DNA of 64,000 bases from Curvularia clavata (lineage: Eukaryota): contig CP089281.1 of assembly GCA_023920165.1 (NCBI GenBank), positions 1 to 64,000 of the forward strand, read 5' to 3'. The notes under the pieces were generated by a model. The model made no database searches. It was not told where the DNA came from and saw only the letters and a list, made by a program, of their open reading frames with translations. Positions within the stretch are counted from its first letter, which is position 1; every line of letters begins with the position of its first letter. Made by a program: the position numbers and the translations under genes. Shown in pieces: positions 50,440 through 62,582 of the stretch.

Positions 50440-52425
50440 GAATTACCAGGCGATAGAGTAAGTAACGCTTTTGGTGTACCCTTCAAGCTCGTTATGTCTA
50501 CCAGACTGGGTGGAGGATCTATATTATGACCTTAGTAAAAGGCTACAAGTGCTAACAAAGTTGGCGTAACAGCATTGCTAAGTGCTTTCAGAAGTGGCCC
50601 CTATTCTTTCTCTAACAAAGTGGCGAATTTAGTAAGATCGCTCATTTTGATTTCAGAAAGTCTATTTTGGTTATTCAGATTTCTGGCGCGGTAAAATATA
50701 GCATACTCACATGCGATCTGTCAAAAAGACGCCAAGAAATGATAGTCTAGAAAGCAAGAGAACTAATATACTAATCCTAAAGCGCTTTTTGAATATCTGC
50801 AGTCGTTTTCCTAACTATCAGAAACATTTGACTTTATCGTAAATCGCCAAGTAATCGTCAGACGTATCTTCAATATCGGGGGTAACCTTAGAAGTCAAAT
50901 ACTTAATCTCAGCAGCTTTCTACCGCATCTAAGGATTGTCTCTTTGCTATATAGTTCTAAAACTAAAAGTTACTGCAGTTTCTACTTAAATGCTTTCGCG
51001 TAGCTAAGAGAACTGTTATCCATCCTTAAGAAACTTTATCGCGTAATACCGTTTCAACAAAATACAAGTAGTCCTCTTATTTTCGAGTCGGCATATTATA
51101 TTAAATACTATCGAGGCAGCCGAATAGAAAGTAGGCGGTAAAGTATAGGAGCGCCGCGCTTCCCTAACGCTTTAAAGCTGACTGGCAAAGTCAGCAAAAG
51201 TGTCCCAGCTGCTAATTGCCAGATACAAAAACTTAAGTATATAAATTAGATCCTTAAGCGGGGCAGTCTAGAAATACTCTAGATATCCTAGTAGTTTAGC
51301 GCGCTCTAGTTATAAATATAGCCCGATCTTCTGTCGCTCTGCATCTAACAATAACTCCAGCGCTACATCGACTCTACCTCTCTCTATTTAGGCTCGTTTA
51401 GTCTTCCTATCCAACGATCCTGTATCCTATGCCCTTACTGAGTCCTCAGGCTCTCGGTAGGATAAGGCCCGTTTTAACGTCACAGTAATAGATATACTAC
51501 TACCAGCTTCCCCAGATATTCTGAATTCTATAACTCTTTCCTAATTAACCGAGAAAACAGGTTGTACACGAATACCATATATTCCAGCTAATAACAATCT
51601 AGTAGTGGTTCCACGGTCATAATTTTCGTTAAAAAAATCCGCATTATCATGTTCTAGAAAAGGCTGTTAGTCTAGAAAGAACCACTAGGATGATAATTAT
51701 CCAGTTGCTAGGTCGTCATGTTCTTCCGAGACCAACTATAGTGGAAACACAGAAAAGTCTTCATATGTCTCAAGATTAGCTAAAGCTTCTGTCGTATTCA
51801 AGTCCTACACTATATTGCCCTCTTGTGTTTTAGACGTAGCTAATCCTAGTAAAAAGGCTAGTAAGCTACTCTTAGCGATAAGCGATATGTTTTAGTCGTC
51901 GCTAGCGGCCGTCGATAAATTAAGAAAGATGTCAATTTGGCCTAAGATTCTTGAAACAATATTGCATAAGTCGTTAATACTTCTATTCTAATCCTCGCAG
52001 TTACGCCAGACAGCACCAATTACAGCATTTAGCGCGAAATTCAACACTTCTACGGAAAGCTTTTGCCCACTCTGTCAAGCACTCCGGATAATACGTGGCT
52101 CCATATCCAAAACCTCGCATGCCTTCGCTACTTTCTTCTTATCTTTCTACCAATATCTACGACGATTGATATCGGCTATACTCATTATAACGTATTAATG
52201 TGTTCTTTCCAAAAAGTGCTTACTTAGACGCGCTTTCTTAACTATAACAGCATAGGAGATTTCTGCCATCTTAACAGCTAGCTGGCCGATCTGAACTAAC
52301 CCCCGGTTACTATCACTTACAATACTATTCTCTTCACTCCTATAAGCTGCAACAAAAGCATTTTCTAGATGCTCTTGGTGCGTAAAATTATAGCCTAGCT
52401 TGCTTTGAATAGATTCCATGGTCAT
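50440..52425 (-). pseudogene. RIPed gene with N-terminal RNase III-like domain; 3' end approximate
   Basis: IQSKLGYNFTHQEHLENAF..SNRGLVQIG and LNFALNAVIGAVWRNC resemble degenerate RNase III motifs (LGYxF..L..A; N.rLa.lG; EAiiGAvw.D). Stops downstream. Confidence 0.6.
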
Positions 52426-55400
52426 TCACAGTTACCGAACTAAAGAAGTATAAGATCAAGTGGCTGATAAGATGCCCTTATATCAGTACTTTCTATGCGT
52501 TAAAGTCTTGCACCCAAATATACATGCTAGACCACGTTTCGTACAATTGCCACAATGGCACAGCAACGCCAGCCGAGTGCTAGACTGCCCAGCAGAAAAT
52601 ATGCAAGCCATCGCATGGTCATCCCTTGGAGCTAAGTAGAATTGTAAGGATATTCTATGGTTGTCATTTAGCTAATAACAGGGGTTGTGGCACTGCTCGT
52701 GCGTAAGGGGCTGCATCGAGTTGCATACGCAATCATGACTCAATAATGCTGCAATCGAGTCCTCCCTCCATCAACAAGTAGTCATTTTAGTTCGTCACTG
52801 AAAAGACAGCTTCTAAGAGTTCACCCTGCCCGCGTTATTAATACAGCAGGCCCAGATCGGATAGTATCGCAGGAAAAGCAGCACAGCAAGGCGAATCGTG
52901 GGGCTGAGCTGGACGGCTCTAACTCGGGTAACCTGATCGTATTCAAAGAACCTAGATCGTGCGCTCTGACTGATCGGTTCTTCATAAAGCTCTCCAAAGC
53001 ACACACACTATCATACAACACATGGCAGGTAAGATATTATTTATCCCTGCTAATCTCTGCATCTGCGCCGACGGGCGAGTTTGAAAACGGGAATAGTAGA
53101 GACCACTGTATTTTTTTTGTTTTTTTTTGCAACGTAGAAATCATACTTGACATAGAAAGCTTTCCGTAGCGTAGCACTCTGTAATTCCCAGATAGACTTT
53201 CCCAACTCTAACAGTTCTCTATCAAAATTCGATAATGCCTAATCCGCAATACCATAGGATATATAGCAGTTATTTCTTAACTTTTTATCGCTTCCAAACG
53301 TTGCTATGTACCAATCTTCTTTCCAAAAGATTACAGAGGCTTAAAGTTATAGGCTCCGCGTTTATATTCGCTCAGCAACAATATAGAACGAGGACCTAAC
53401 TGCATACTTTCTCTTGGCTTGAACAGCTGCAATAACGAAAATCTTCTTAGAGTGTAAAGTAACAAGCCTATATCACAGGCTTCGAGCTTGTGTAGTAGGG
53501 TTAAGGTTTAACTATCTTGTCTAACACGCCAAAGCGCCAGTACAAGTTGACTTGCTAGTAACCGCCATGCCTCCCGTTTCTCGCGATACTCCGCTCTAAG
53601 ATGCGTTCACAGAATCTGACCGTTGCAAAAGACCAGATCAAAAGCTTCGCCATATAAAGAACAGTTAAACACAAAGTTAGCAGCATTAGAATATTCCGTC
53701 GGGATATTAGTAACATCCGTCTAATCTACTAGCATTATAGTATCGAGAAAACGCGCTCGTATCTTTAGATCACTTTGTTAATTAGGAAGTATTATATTAT
53801 GGCCGCCTCAGGATACAGGAAGACTGATTTCGTACAACCTAGAATAGCAGTTTTTTAACGACAGAGGCCGTGAAACCGCCAGGCGTCATGCAGAGATCAA
53901 GGATGGCGGGGTTTGTGATATATGACGGCGTTGATGGCAGAGCTGAAGTTATCTCGTGAAGCGTGTCGAAAATCTGGCACATGATATTGTTTAATATACG
54001 TTTTCCAGATTTATTTGCATAATCTACTCGATTCTATTGTAATCTATGTAAAATGATCATCCTCTTAGGGATTCTTCAATCCCTAATCATGCGATCATAA
54101 CGATGCATAAACAATCTTTTGACGAGACTTACCCTGCGCCGAAGACCTGTGAACTCCATGAATATGGCTGGCTGCTTGATGCAGTAGTCTCTAATAGCAG
54201 AATCAGGGCAAGGGGTTGATTACTCAGTCTGTGAGATCTTTTGGTTCACACCCTTGAAGATTTCATTTTGTAGCTGATTGATAAGCACACTCTTCAGACG
54301 AGTGTTCAGTAACGTTTAGCCTGAAGGTGTGGAGGTCGCAGACATCTTTGGCACCGGGAGTTTAGACATGGCATGCTTTTGATAGCCATTTTCTTTACCT
54401 CACTTGTATTTTGCATGAACGTTTGGAAAGAAAATCAGCGCTTCGGCCTGACATGTGTCACTGCGCTACTGGATATCTCGTAAGCCACAGTTACACAACA
54501 GCCTTCGCATGCATACATCAATGCATGGCGTGATCCTCGTCGATATGATGATTCGTGAACATTGGTGACCCCAAAATTCAAGCTGTAGTATATCCACGTA
54601 GTCTGGAGAATTTTGACTTACATCGGAGACGCGATGTGGCGATAGAGGTTGAACATATATCTTGATAGTTTCTTGTTCGGTTAAGCAGGAGAGGCAAAGT
54701 CACAAGCCTAATCAGCAACAAGCTATAGACCGCATTTCGAATGTTTATTTGATGCAAATTAACACATGGAAGCATTTTCAGGAACTCATTTATGAATGTT
54801 CTTATTGAATATTCGAGACTCCAGGTAGTCGCTAGGGGTAGCAAGCCACCTAAATTGCGCGTAGATGTACTTTGAAGACATAGTTTACAGCAAACCTGCC
54901 AGTTGCATTCTGACACATTATAGCCTTTGTTTTTTTGTTTTTTTTTGCACAAAATTAGTTGTCCATGTCATCCAAGCCTTCCTTTGTGGGAACTCGTTGC
55001 ATCGCGATATCTTTCAAGACATCCGAAACTCTCTTATTTGGAGGGAGAGGTCATCTTCGTAAAATTCATGTTGAATGAAACGAATAGCGCCCTCAATAAG
55101 CTGCAGTCTAAGGTCGGTGCGTTTAGCGAAACAAAGTCCATGTTTAGTGTGCATAAAACCTTGCGTGCTTTTAGCCACTTCCTTTAACTTCCGGTCGACG
55201 ATCGATATCTGCGCTCTGTAACAGCAGCCGTATATAAGGAATTAAAAGCGGTGACAAGTCTTGCTAAAAGTCGGCTGTCATTAATACCTGAGTTCATCCA
55301 GTGTATGCAATTGAGAGACGATAGTGAGATCTCAATATACACGGGAGCAGCCACCTCCGAACCAAGTCGGCGCTGAAAGAAATACTACTCCAAACTGACT

Positions 55401-55566
55401 TGCACTAATCGTTTTACACTAGGGCATGGATACTAGAAATAGTTCATAATACGACCAAATAGATCTAGCACTTCAAACAAACAACAAACGCGCAATCCAG
55501 CTAAAATAACACTATATTATAACTCCATATAACGTTGCGATAGGTCATCTCGTAGTACACCCAAAT

Positions 55567-56250
55567 TCAAAAAGAAACATACTCCAAGCATAGATTACTC
55601 TTATCTGTCTCCAAAAGACGCCTTACCAGTGCTACCCGCTCCCCCAAATCTTTAATAGCATTAGGTAGAACGCTATACGAGATTTTATACTCCCTTAGCA
55701 TAACAAAGAACGCTTCATTCAATACCTTCCACCTTACTATATCCTAATACTTCAACCTCACTTTGTCTGCGCTTAGCCACTCTATATTACCAGCCTCGCA
55801 AACTACTACTATAGCCTATTGCATTATCAACCTTAACTTTGCCCACTTTTTCGTGCTTGCTAGTGCTCTAAAAGCATTAATTCCCGTATATTCTTTCGTA
55901 TATACTAGCGTATCTAGTGCTGATCGATCTGCCAAGAACCACCGGTCCTTCAGCTGTTCTTCAATTTAATTTTATCTTAGCAAAATATGCATCTACAACT
56001 AGAGTCCTCGAACGCTATTATATAAGTCTTTTGCTTAAAATTCCTTTTTATACATTACGACTCGAACGACTTCTTCGACGATAAATGGCTGCTTGATAGG
56101 ATGAGATGCTGGGTTGTGGTTGGAGTAGAACGTCCTCAGTGCGTTAAGAAGAGTTGTTTTCCCACTGCACTGAGGTCCTATTAAGTAGAGATTCGATTGT
56201 CTTGGGGACCCGCTTCTGTTGGTGATGGTTTCAACGCTCGTAGAAATTAT
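55567..56250 (-). pseudogene. AAA_28 (NadR/Ttd14-like) P-loop nucleoside/nucleotide kinase-like gene, RIPed
   Basis: One 228-codon frame: NLYLIGPQCSGKTTLL, IVEEVVR, WFLADRSALDTLVY, VCEAG..WL; ATA start and RIP-type stops. Confidence 0.8.
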
Positions 56251-56436
56251 GATAGCAGTGTCCTGGTAGGGCTCAGTCGCTCGCTTAGATTCACTATTTC
56301 ATAGCATTCAATCGGCCTAAGAAGCCATATAGTTACTGTTAAATTCAATTAACTTATTTAGAAGTGTATGGCGTACTTCGCGGCTCGCAATATCAAACAA
56401 CCTGCATTTAGCCGGCCACTTGTTGGTCTCATGATC

Positions 56437-57399
56437 TTACCACTGTAGGTCTCGTTTATTTAGTCCACATGTACCGGCTGGCCTAGCCCAGTCGTACACT
56501 CCTCTACGATCCCTGAAAGCCTTCTCGTCCCAGTATACGCTTTGAAGTGCTTTTTCAACCCTAATGTCAAGGATTGATCCAGATGGCTGACGCCTGTCGC
56601 GGTCTAAAAATCTCAAGTACTCGTCGAGAATCAAATACGACTTGGCCATTACTCGGTTAGACTCTGGCACAAGTGATGTCTGGTTCTCATGTCGCCTACA
56701 AAAGCTGTCGTATTCTTTATCCGTAATAGTAAACTTGCGGGCGTCTCGAAGTGTCGCCTCGGAGTCGTTTTCCCCTGTGACAACTAAGACTTAGAAGTAT
56801 TTCCAGCGAAAAGGCTGAAGCTGATCGATCTGTCTATTCATATCTTCATTCTAATTGAGGTGACATACTACAGTGTTGATCTTAAACTTTATACCAAATT
56901 TCTTGCACCAAGAAGCAATCTTGTACAGCTGCGAGATCTGATCGCCGGATCTACAGCCAATCGCGATGTTGGTAGACTCGTTAAAAGAATTACACGAAAC
57001 CGCCAAGATATTAATCTTAGAACCGCACTGCCGAAAGAAGCTTTTCTTGACAAGACTTCCATTTGTAACGATAGAGACCGATTCGAGTTGTAATTTATCT
57101 TTGTAGAAAATCACCATCTCAGCTAGAAACTTTAGATAAAGGAATGGCTCTCTACTAGCGAAATTCAGCTTTCGTATGCCTGCTTTTTTGAGCAATGCAA
57201 GCCCTTTCTTTACGCGACTGGAACTTTCTACGAAAGAGGAGGTGGCAGTATAAAAGCAGAATCTACATGTTTTATTGTAGCGCCTCGTAAAGTGATAGTT
57301 AACAGCTATAGGGTATATAGCGCGACGGTGTTTGTAACGTAGGTATAAGGACGTGATACTGAGTAGCAGTAGTCCAAAGTAGATTGAGATGGAGTTCAT
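56437..57399 (-). pseudogene. RSAD2: Viperin (radical SAM ddhNTP synthase), RIPed
   Basis: VNYHFTRR(Y)NKTCRFCF, KLNFA(SR)EPFL, SIVTNGS, ILAVSC, FKINTVV, PFRWK, PESNRVMAKSYLILDEYLRFLD, RRGVYDW; N-terminal hydrophobic anchor; in-frame stops at 56851-56853 and 56791-56793. Confidence 0.95.
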
Positions 57400-57608
57400 T
57401 GTTGGAGCGTGAAACAAGAAATGGAATGGAGGAAGTAGGTAGAGTGCTGAAGATTTTTATCTGCTGCTATAGAATTTAATGATGTCTATTGATGCTATTT
57501 ACTGATGACGTGGGTATAACCCCGCTTTTGCGAGACATAAATAGAGGGCTGTGAACTCTTGTCGTCAGATAGTATTCTTTCCCCAGGCTAGTATCCTTAG
57601 AAATTGCC

Positions 57609-58348
57609 ATAGAGACTACTACAACAATTATCATATTCGTTATTGGTAAGTATGCGAGATTGTAAGTACGCGACTAATATTCACAGGAGCTCCTAGTTCT
57701 AGCAAGAGCACGCTATGCCGAAGACTTTCTGACAAATATAGATTCTATCACTTATCTATTAGAGATACGTTGAGGAGACTTATCTCCAACTCCATAATAG
57801 ACCCAATTGTATCATCCCAGGTGTAAAGAGGCGAGCTCGTTTCTATAGAGGTATTGGTCAATATTCTCCAAAATATTGTTAAGGAAAATTTACAAAGCGG
57901 CCGCCGCGTGATCCTAGCAGATGGTTTGCCAAGGCATCTAAATTAGGCTATACATATGGAAGAGAAAGTTAGTGTGTCTAACTGCTAATAGTCTCCCTTA
58001 CTATACTTACTTAGAAAGATCGGCTCGCCAGTATTAGTCCTGTTCTTTAACTATCGAGAAGAGGTCGCTAAAAATCGCTTTCTCACGCGAAAACTATCTA
58101 GAAGAGAAGCAGATAATGCGGTCGTCTTCTAGAAGAGATACGATAAGTTCGCTGCGGAGAACCCTAAGATCTTAGAGATGTATAATGAACGAGGCCTTCT
58201 TATTAAAGTAAGACTTATTGTGTAGTGCTTAGCAATGCTAAATAGTAGTTAGGTTGATACTAACGGAGAGACGGAGATTTCGTATAAAACTGTAATAAAT
58301 AGTCTACGTAATACAGAATTAGTATATTTTCTCGTAAAGACAATATAG
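57609..58348 (+). pseudogene. Adenylate/UMP-CMP kinase family gene, RIPed, spliced
   Basis: IIFVIG|APSSSKSTLC..FYHLSIRDTLR (RIP-derived from GAPGSGKGT..HLSIGD.LR), ILADGLPR (DGFPR), R.DN..KR; first intron 57646-57686. Confidence 0.88.
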
Positions 58349-58547
58349 GGTACATATCAAATAGATAGTCGAAAGATACAATATATGGAACAGGAGGCAA
58401 ATTTGTTGATCACGTGACAGTTACCGAGCGTTTCCTTCAGATGCGGCTCAATTAGCTTCCTAGAAGATCAATACCACTACGCTGCTTTGCACTCATACCT
58501 TGCCTCTTTCTTTCTAAAGCTTGCAGTCATAAATCATAGCGCCTTCC

Positions 58548-59186
58548 ATGTTTCCAAAAGCTATATCCCAAATCTTTCTTCTAGAGATAGAGCGCAAGTT
58601 TTGCGGGCTCGCAGTCACAGATCTTACCCTTCACGCCAGAAACCCGCCATTCCAGAGCATCCAGCAACAAAGCCAGCGCATATTCAAGGACACTTACTTC
58701 GACCGAGCTGGACTCCTCACAGCAGCAGGTGTGTAGGTCAGGCTACGCAATAGACAATAGGAAGCCAAAGTGAGAAAGGGTGGCAACTTCCAAAACTCGA
58801 GGTTCGAGGAGCTGTCTAACCCTTGCGAAATTAGTGTGCAAGTACGCACTATTACGGGACGAGTGTGCAGCGAGCGCGAGTTTTTCAGTCTCAATCCCAT
58901 TGCGACCATGTGCACGACAAGAAGAACGTGGCTGGCAGACGACAGGTTCACAATCGTGCTAGACACAATAGACTTTGGACACGAGGTCGGCGAGGTCGAG
59001 CTGCAGTCCGAGATGCGTCTCGCTCATACGGGCCAAGAGCTGGACAACCACAAGCAGAGGGCAATACAGCAGATAGACGAAGATATTGTTGCTTTCATGG
59101 AACATTATCGGTGGGCGTTTGCTGCTGGTGTGCCAATAGGAAAGCTGACAGCATACTTTGAACGCAAGGCCGCAGGCAGGCTGTAG
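58548..59186 (+). pseudogene. CYTH / thiamine-triphosphatase-like tunnel metalloenzyme, RIP stops
   Basis: LEIERKF (ExExK), DTYFD, GV*VRLR, EAK, TTRRTW, IVLD..FGHEVGEVEL; two TAG stops at likely Trp positions. Confidence 0.85.
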
Positions 59187-60151
59187 ATATGAAGCAAGGC
59201 TGCATATTGAGTCACCGTTGATGCGCTAAGCTGTATTCGGTTATTTGCGAACATGACATGTCGCAACACACGCTTTGCGTTAGCGTCGTAGGGCATTTTT
59301 AGTAACTACCATATGAGCAGGTAGAACTTCCTCCAGAGCAGTTATCTTCATACACTTTGCCAGCCACTGTTCACCAAGAATAGGTTTGTTTGGTCTGCGT
59401 TCCACAATTATTACCGTCTCTTCTATTTTGCATCAAGCCATAAAGAATGCAATAAGCATATGTTGCTACTAGTTATGACTGTGAGCCCGAGAACATGTCC
59501 TGAAAGAGATGTGACAAGACCTCGCAAATGTAACAAACTACTTCAACTTTTCAGTCAGGCTATAAGACAAGCGTATGGGAGCTTTTGAATCACGAGAATG
59601 TCGAATGATTCGACACGCGCAAGGATATTTCATGAATTTTGCATATGGTACTTAGCGACCTCTTTCTATCGACTGATCTAGCTCGTCTAGAAAGACTCCA
59701 ACCGACGGCTAGTCTGGATGCTTACAACGAATGAAATTTACAAGAATCTCATTTTATTGTCTCTCACTGTTCATTAGTGAAAAGTATGATTGGATTGCCG
59801 CAGTGATAAATTGGATAGCATGTAAATACCAGCAATTCAAACTATGGTGCAATAAATGGTTGCTTCAAGGAAAGAACATTGTAACCAGCATGTCAACATG
59901 GCAAAATTGACATTGTTTGCGCAATTCTTTTAAAATTATAAGACAACCTACACGAATTCTTCAATTTACTATAGGTTCCTCTTCTCTTCCTTTCCATGCT
60001 CATATTTTCCTGTTACTTTGCACTATTCCTACTCTACATGAGTTCTGAACATTATCTTAAGAGACTGAGGAATTAGCGCTCATCGTTAATAACGACTGAC
60101 TTGAAGACAAAAATAGATGCATAGAGATTAGCTGGTATCTTATCTTACCTT

Positions 60152-60400
60152 CTACAGCGTCGGAGTCAAAAGCACGGCAGCACACGCAGCCTGACAGGTA
60201 CCAAAGGCAGTGTTGCAAGCAATGATACTAGCAGGCGCGGAAGCACCAAGCGTAGCTCCCCAAGTGAAACCAGCTGCAGAGTAGCATGCCATAACTACTG
60301 CAGAACAACCCGCCTGACACAATCCATAGGCGGCTGGTCCTGCTGAAGCTGGAATAACAAAAGCAAGAGTGATTATAGCAACGGAGAGTGATAATGCCAT
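60152..60400 (-). CDS. Small secreted cysteine-rich protein (82 aa)
   Basis: Signal peptide, then GPAAYGLCQAGC..CYSAAG..CNTAFGTCQAAC with six Cys. Confidence 0.85.
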   Translation of the reverse strand: MALSLSVAIITLAFVIPASAGPAAYGLCQAGCSAVVMACYSAAGFTWGATLGASAPASIIACNTAFGTCQAACAAVLLTPTL

Positions 60401-60412
60401 GATGTGAATGTG

Positions 60413-60532
60413 AAGGTTGAGGTGGATGTAAAGGTTGAGGTGGATGTAAAGGTTGAGGTGGATGTAAAGGTTGAGGTGGATGTAAAGGTTGAGGTGGATG
60501 TAAAGGTTGAGGTGGATATAAAGGTTGAGGTG
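60413..60532. repeat. 18-bp minisatellite, about 6.7 copies
   Basis: AAGGTTGAGGTGGATGTA tandem array. Confidence 0.95.
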
Positions 60533-61404
60533 AAGGCTCAAACATAAACAAGCGTGAGAGTGGGTAGAGAAGTCAGTGGAACCCTTAAACTATCACGTTA
60601 GGCGAAAAACCACCCCAACAATACGTGATCCTTGACCATACAAGCATGATGACGACAAATGCTGTTGCACAGATTTCGATCCACCACCAGCATGTCTGGG
60701 GGGCTGCATTAGTGCAAAATTCGATGAAGTAATTTCAACCCCAACACCCGCCATACCCCACAGTTCCACTCCCGGAATCTCCAATGGATGAAGCTGCTGT
60801 AGCCCCCCAACGAAGGGGCTATATTAAACCTGTAAAGCTTAGACTTAACAGCGTTACCTCTTCCTTGGCGTGTTTGAAAATACTAAAGGTTTTGCTATGG
60901 TATCTCCTTCATTACAGAAAATGTTGTCTTCTACTGGTTTGTTGATGCATATGACTTGATCGAAGTGCTCATATAGCTCTAGCGATGATTTACTAATTAT
61001 CCTCAGCCTAGATCAAGCCTATCAAACCGGTGTTTCGATCCTGTTTTGCTGTGAATTCAGAAACAACTCAATTTACTATGACGTACTACATGCTTCAAGG
61101 ACGAAATGAGTAATACGATCGCGGTGATTATACTCTATTTTTTGCCGGGATGCTTACCGACGTAGGAATGCATGACACATAGCGCTGAAATTCCACAGAC
61201 CCGCGGTCGGTAAATGACCAATTACAATGGCCATATATTCACCCATTACCCGGCGATTCTTTGTAAGGTAGCGAACAACATCTACAGATTGTTTATCATT
61301 GACTTATGGAACCAGACAATTCTTTCTACAAGGTCGCGTGCACTACTACAATGAACGCGGATACAGTCCAGAATAGGCGCCCTGAAGTACGCTGGTCTTT
61401 CACT

Positions 61405-62582
61405 ATGCAGCAGGTATGTCCCCTTGATGAAATGCCCTGGCCAGCTATCATGACCGCGACAGGATTATGAAGCTTCATCCTCAATTGCTAGCGATCGGGA
61501 TCATATTGTTCTCCTGGACTCCAGAGGAGATGCTGTGCTCAAGTGCGTAGGTCAGGATGGTAACGTCGAAACTATGTTTCGAGTCTCGACTGCAATTCTT
61601 CGACTCGCATCTTCCGTATTTTCGAACATGTTTAAGCCTTCTTTTCAGGAAGGACAGCGCTTAGTAAACGAAGATTGCCCTGAATTTGAACTTGAAGACG
61701 ATGCTCATCTTATGGGCTTATTACTCAAGATCCTTCATTATCGGGGTAGCCGCTCAGATTACACTATAGATGCAGAGCAGTTGGCGCGTCTGTCACTTCT
61801 CTGCGACAAGTACGACTTTACAGAGGCCCTAGGTCCATGGATACCAACTTGGTTCCGACATTCGGAAAAATTGGGACATCTTACACACAGCCTTGGGTTC
61901 CTAGTTCTGGCCGCATACATGTTCAATGACGCCATGGAATTTAAAGCAGCATCCCAGAGAGCGGTACTTCAACTAACCCCGAAGTTTTCAGCAGAGTGGG
62001 AAAAGGAAGACTTGCTCTCGATACTTCCCCTCCGCATCATTGGTACGCTGCAAGGAGTTGGATTTACCGTGCTGTCGCTGAGATTATTCAGGATTGCTGT
62101 CTGAGCACATTCAGCAGATTCTAGACAACTTGGAAACAGAGCTGCAGCATGTGGAGCATTCTTTGCGTGGTAGTTCCAGATGTTACGATACCCGGCAGCT
62201 CCTTTGTACCCAATGTGGCCGAAGCCTTCCTGGAAATGCAAAGAAGTGTCATCCATGTCGCAACACAGAGCTTCCTACAAAATACTGTACAAGTGAGACA
62301 AGGGTTGCCGAGTATTTTGTAGCTCTACGGAAAGCGGAGTTATGGCCGACACTGAGCTCATTTGCGGTATGCTCTATTTCGGACATTGCATCAAGGTTTT
62401 CCCGCGCTAGGAAGGACATCAGACACACTTGTGAAGCAGGTAATTCCTGTTCGCTGGTGACAAGTCTCGACCTGTTGTCTAAAAAAGCCGAAGAAGCCAA
62501 GATGAGAGCTGTTGGGCTTTGCTTGTACTGCGTTAGAAATGATGATGGGGCTGGAGAAGGTGAGGAATGTGCTCACGAATAG
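61405..62582 (+). CDS. BTB/POZ domain protein with Cys-rich C-terminus, 3 exons
   Basis: DSRGDAVL..FRVSTAILRLASSVFSNMF..LEDD..LCDKYD. Introns 61414-61462 and about 62043-62092. CTQC..CHPC and GLCLYC motifs. Confidence 0.85.

Noticed and set aside
53000..55400. Decayed coding-like sequence on the minus strand
   Set aside because: Many stops and no motif I can recognise, so no product can be assigned.
60228..60551. Pro/His-rich ORF (PPQPLH)n and the (HLNLYI)n extension
   Set aside because: These are translations of the 18-bp minisatellite; the credible CDS starts at 60400 with a signal peptide.
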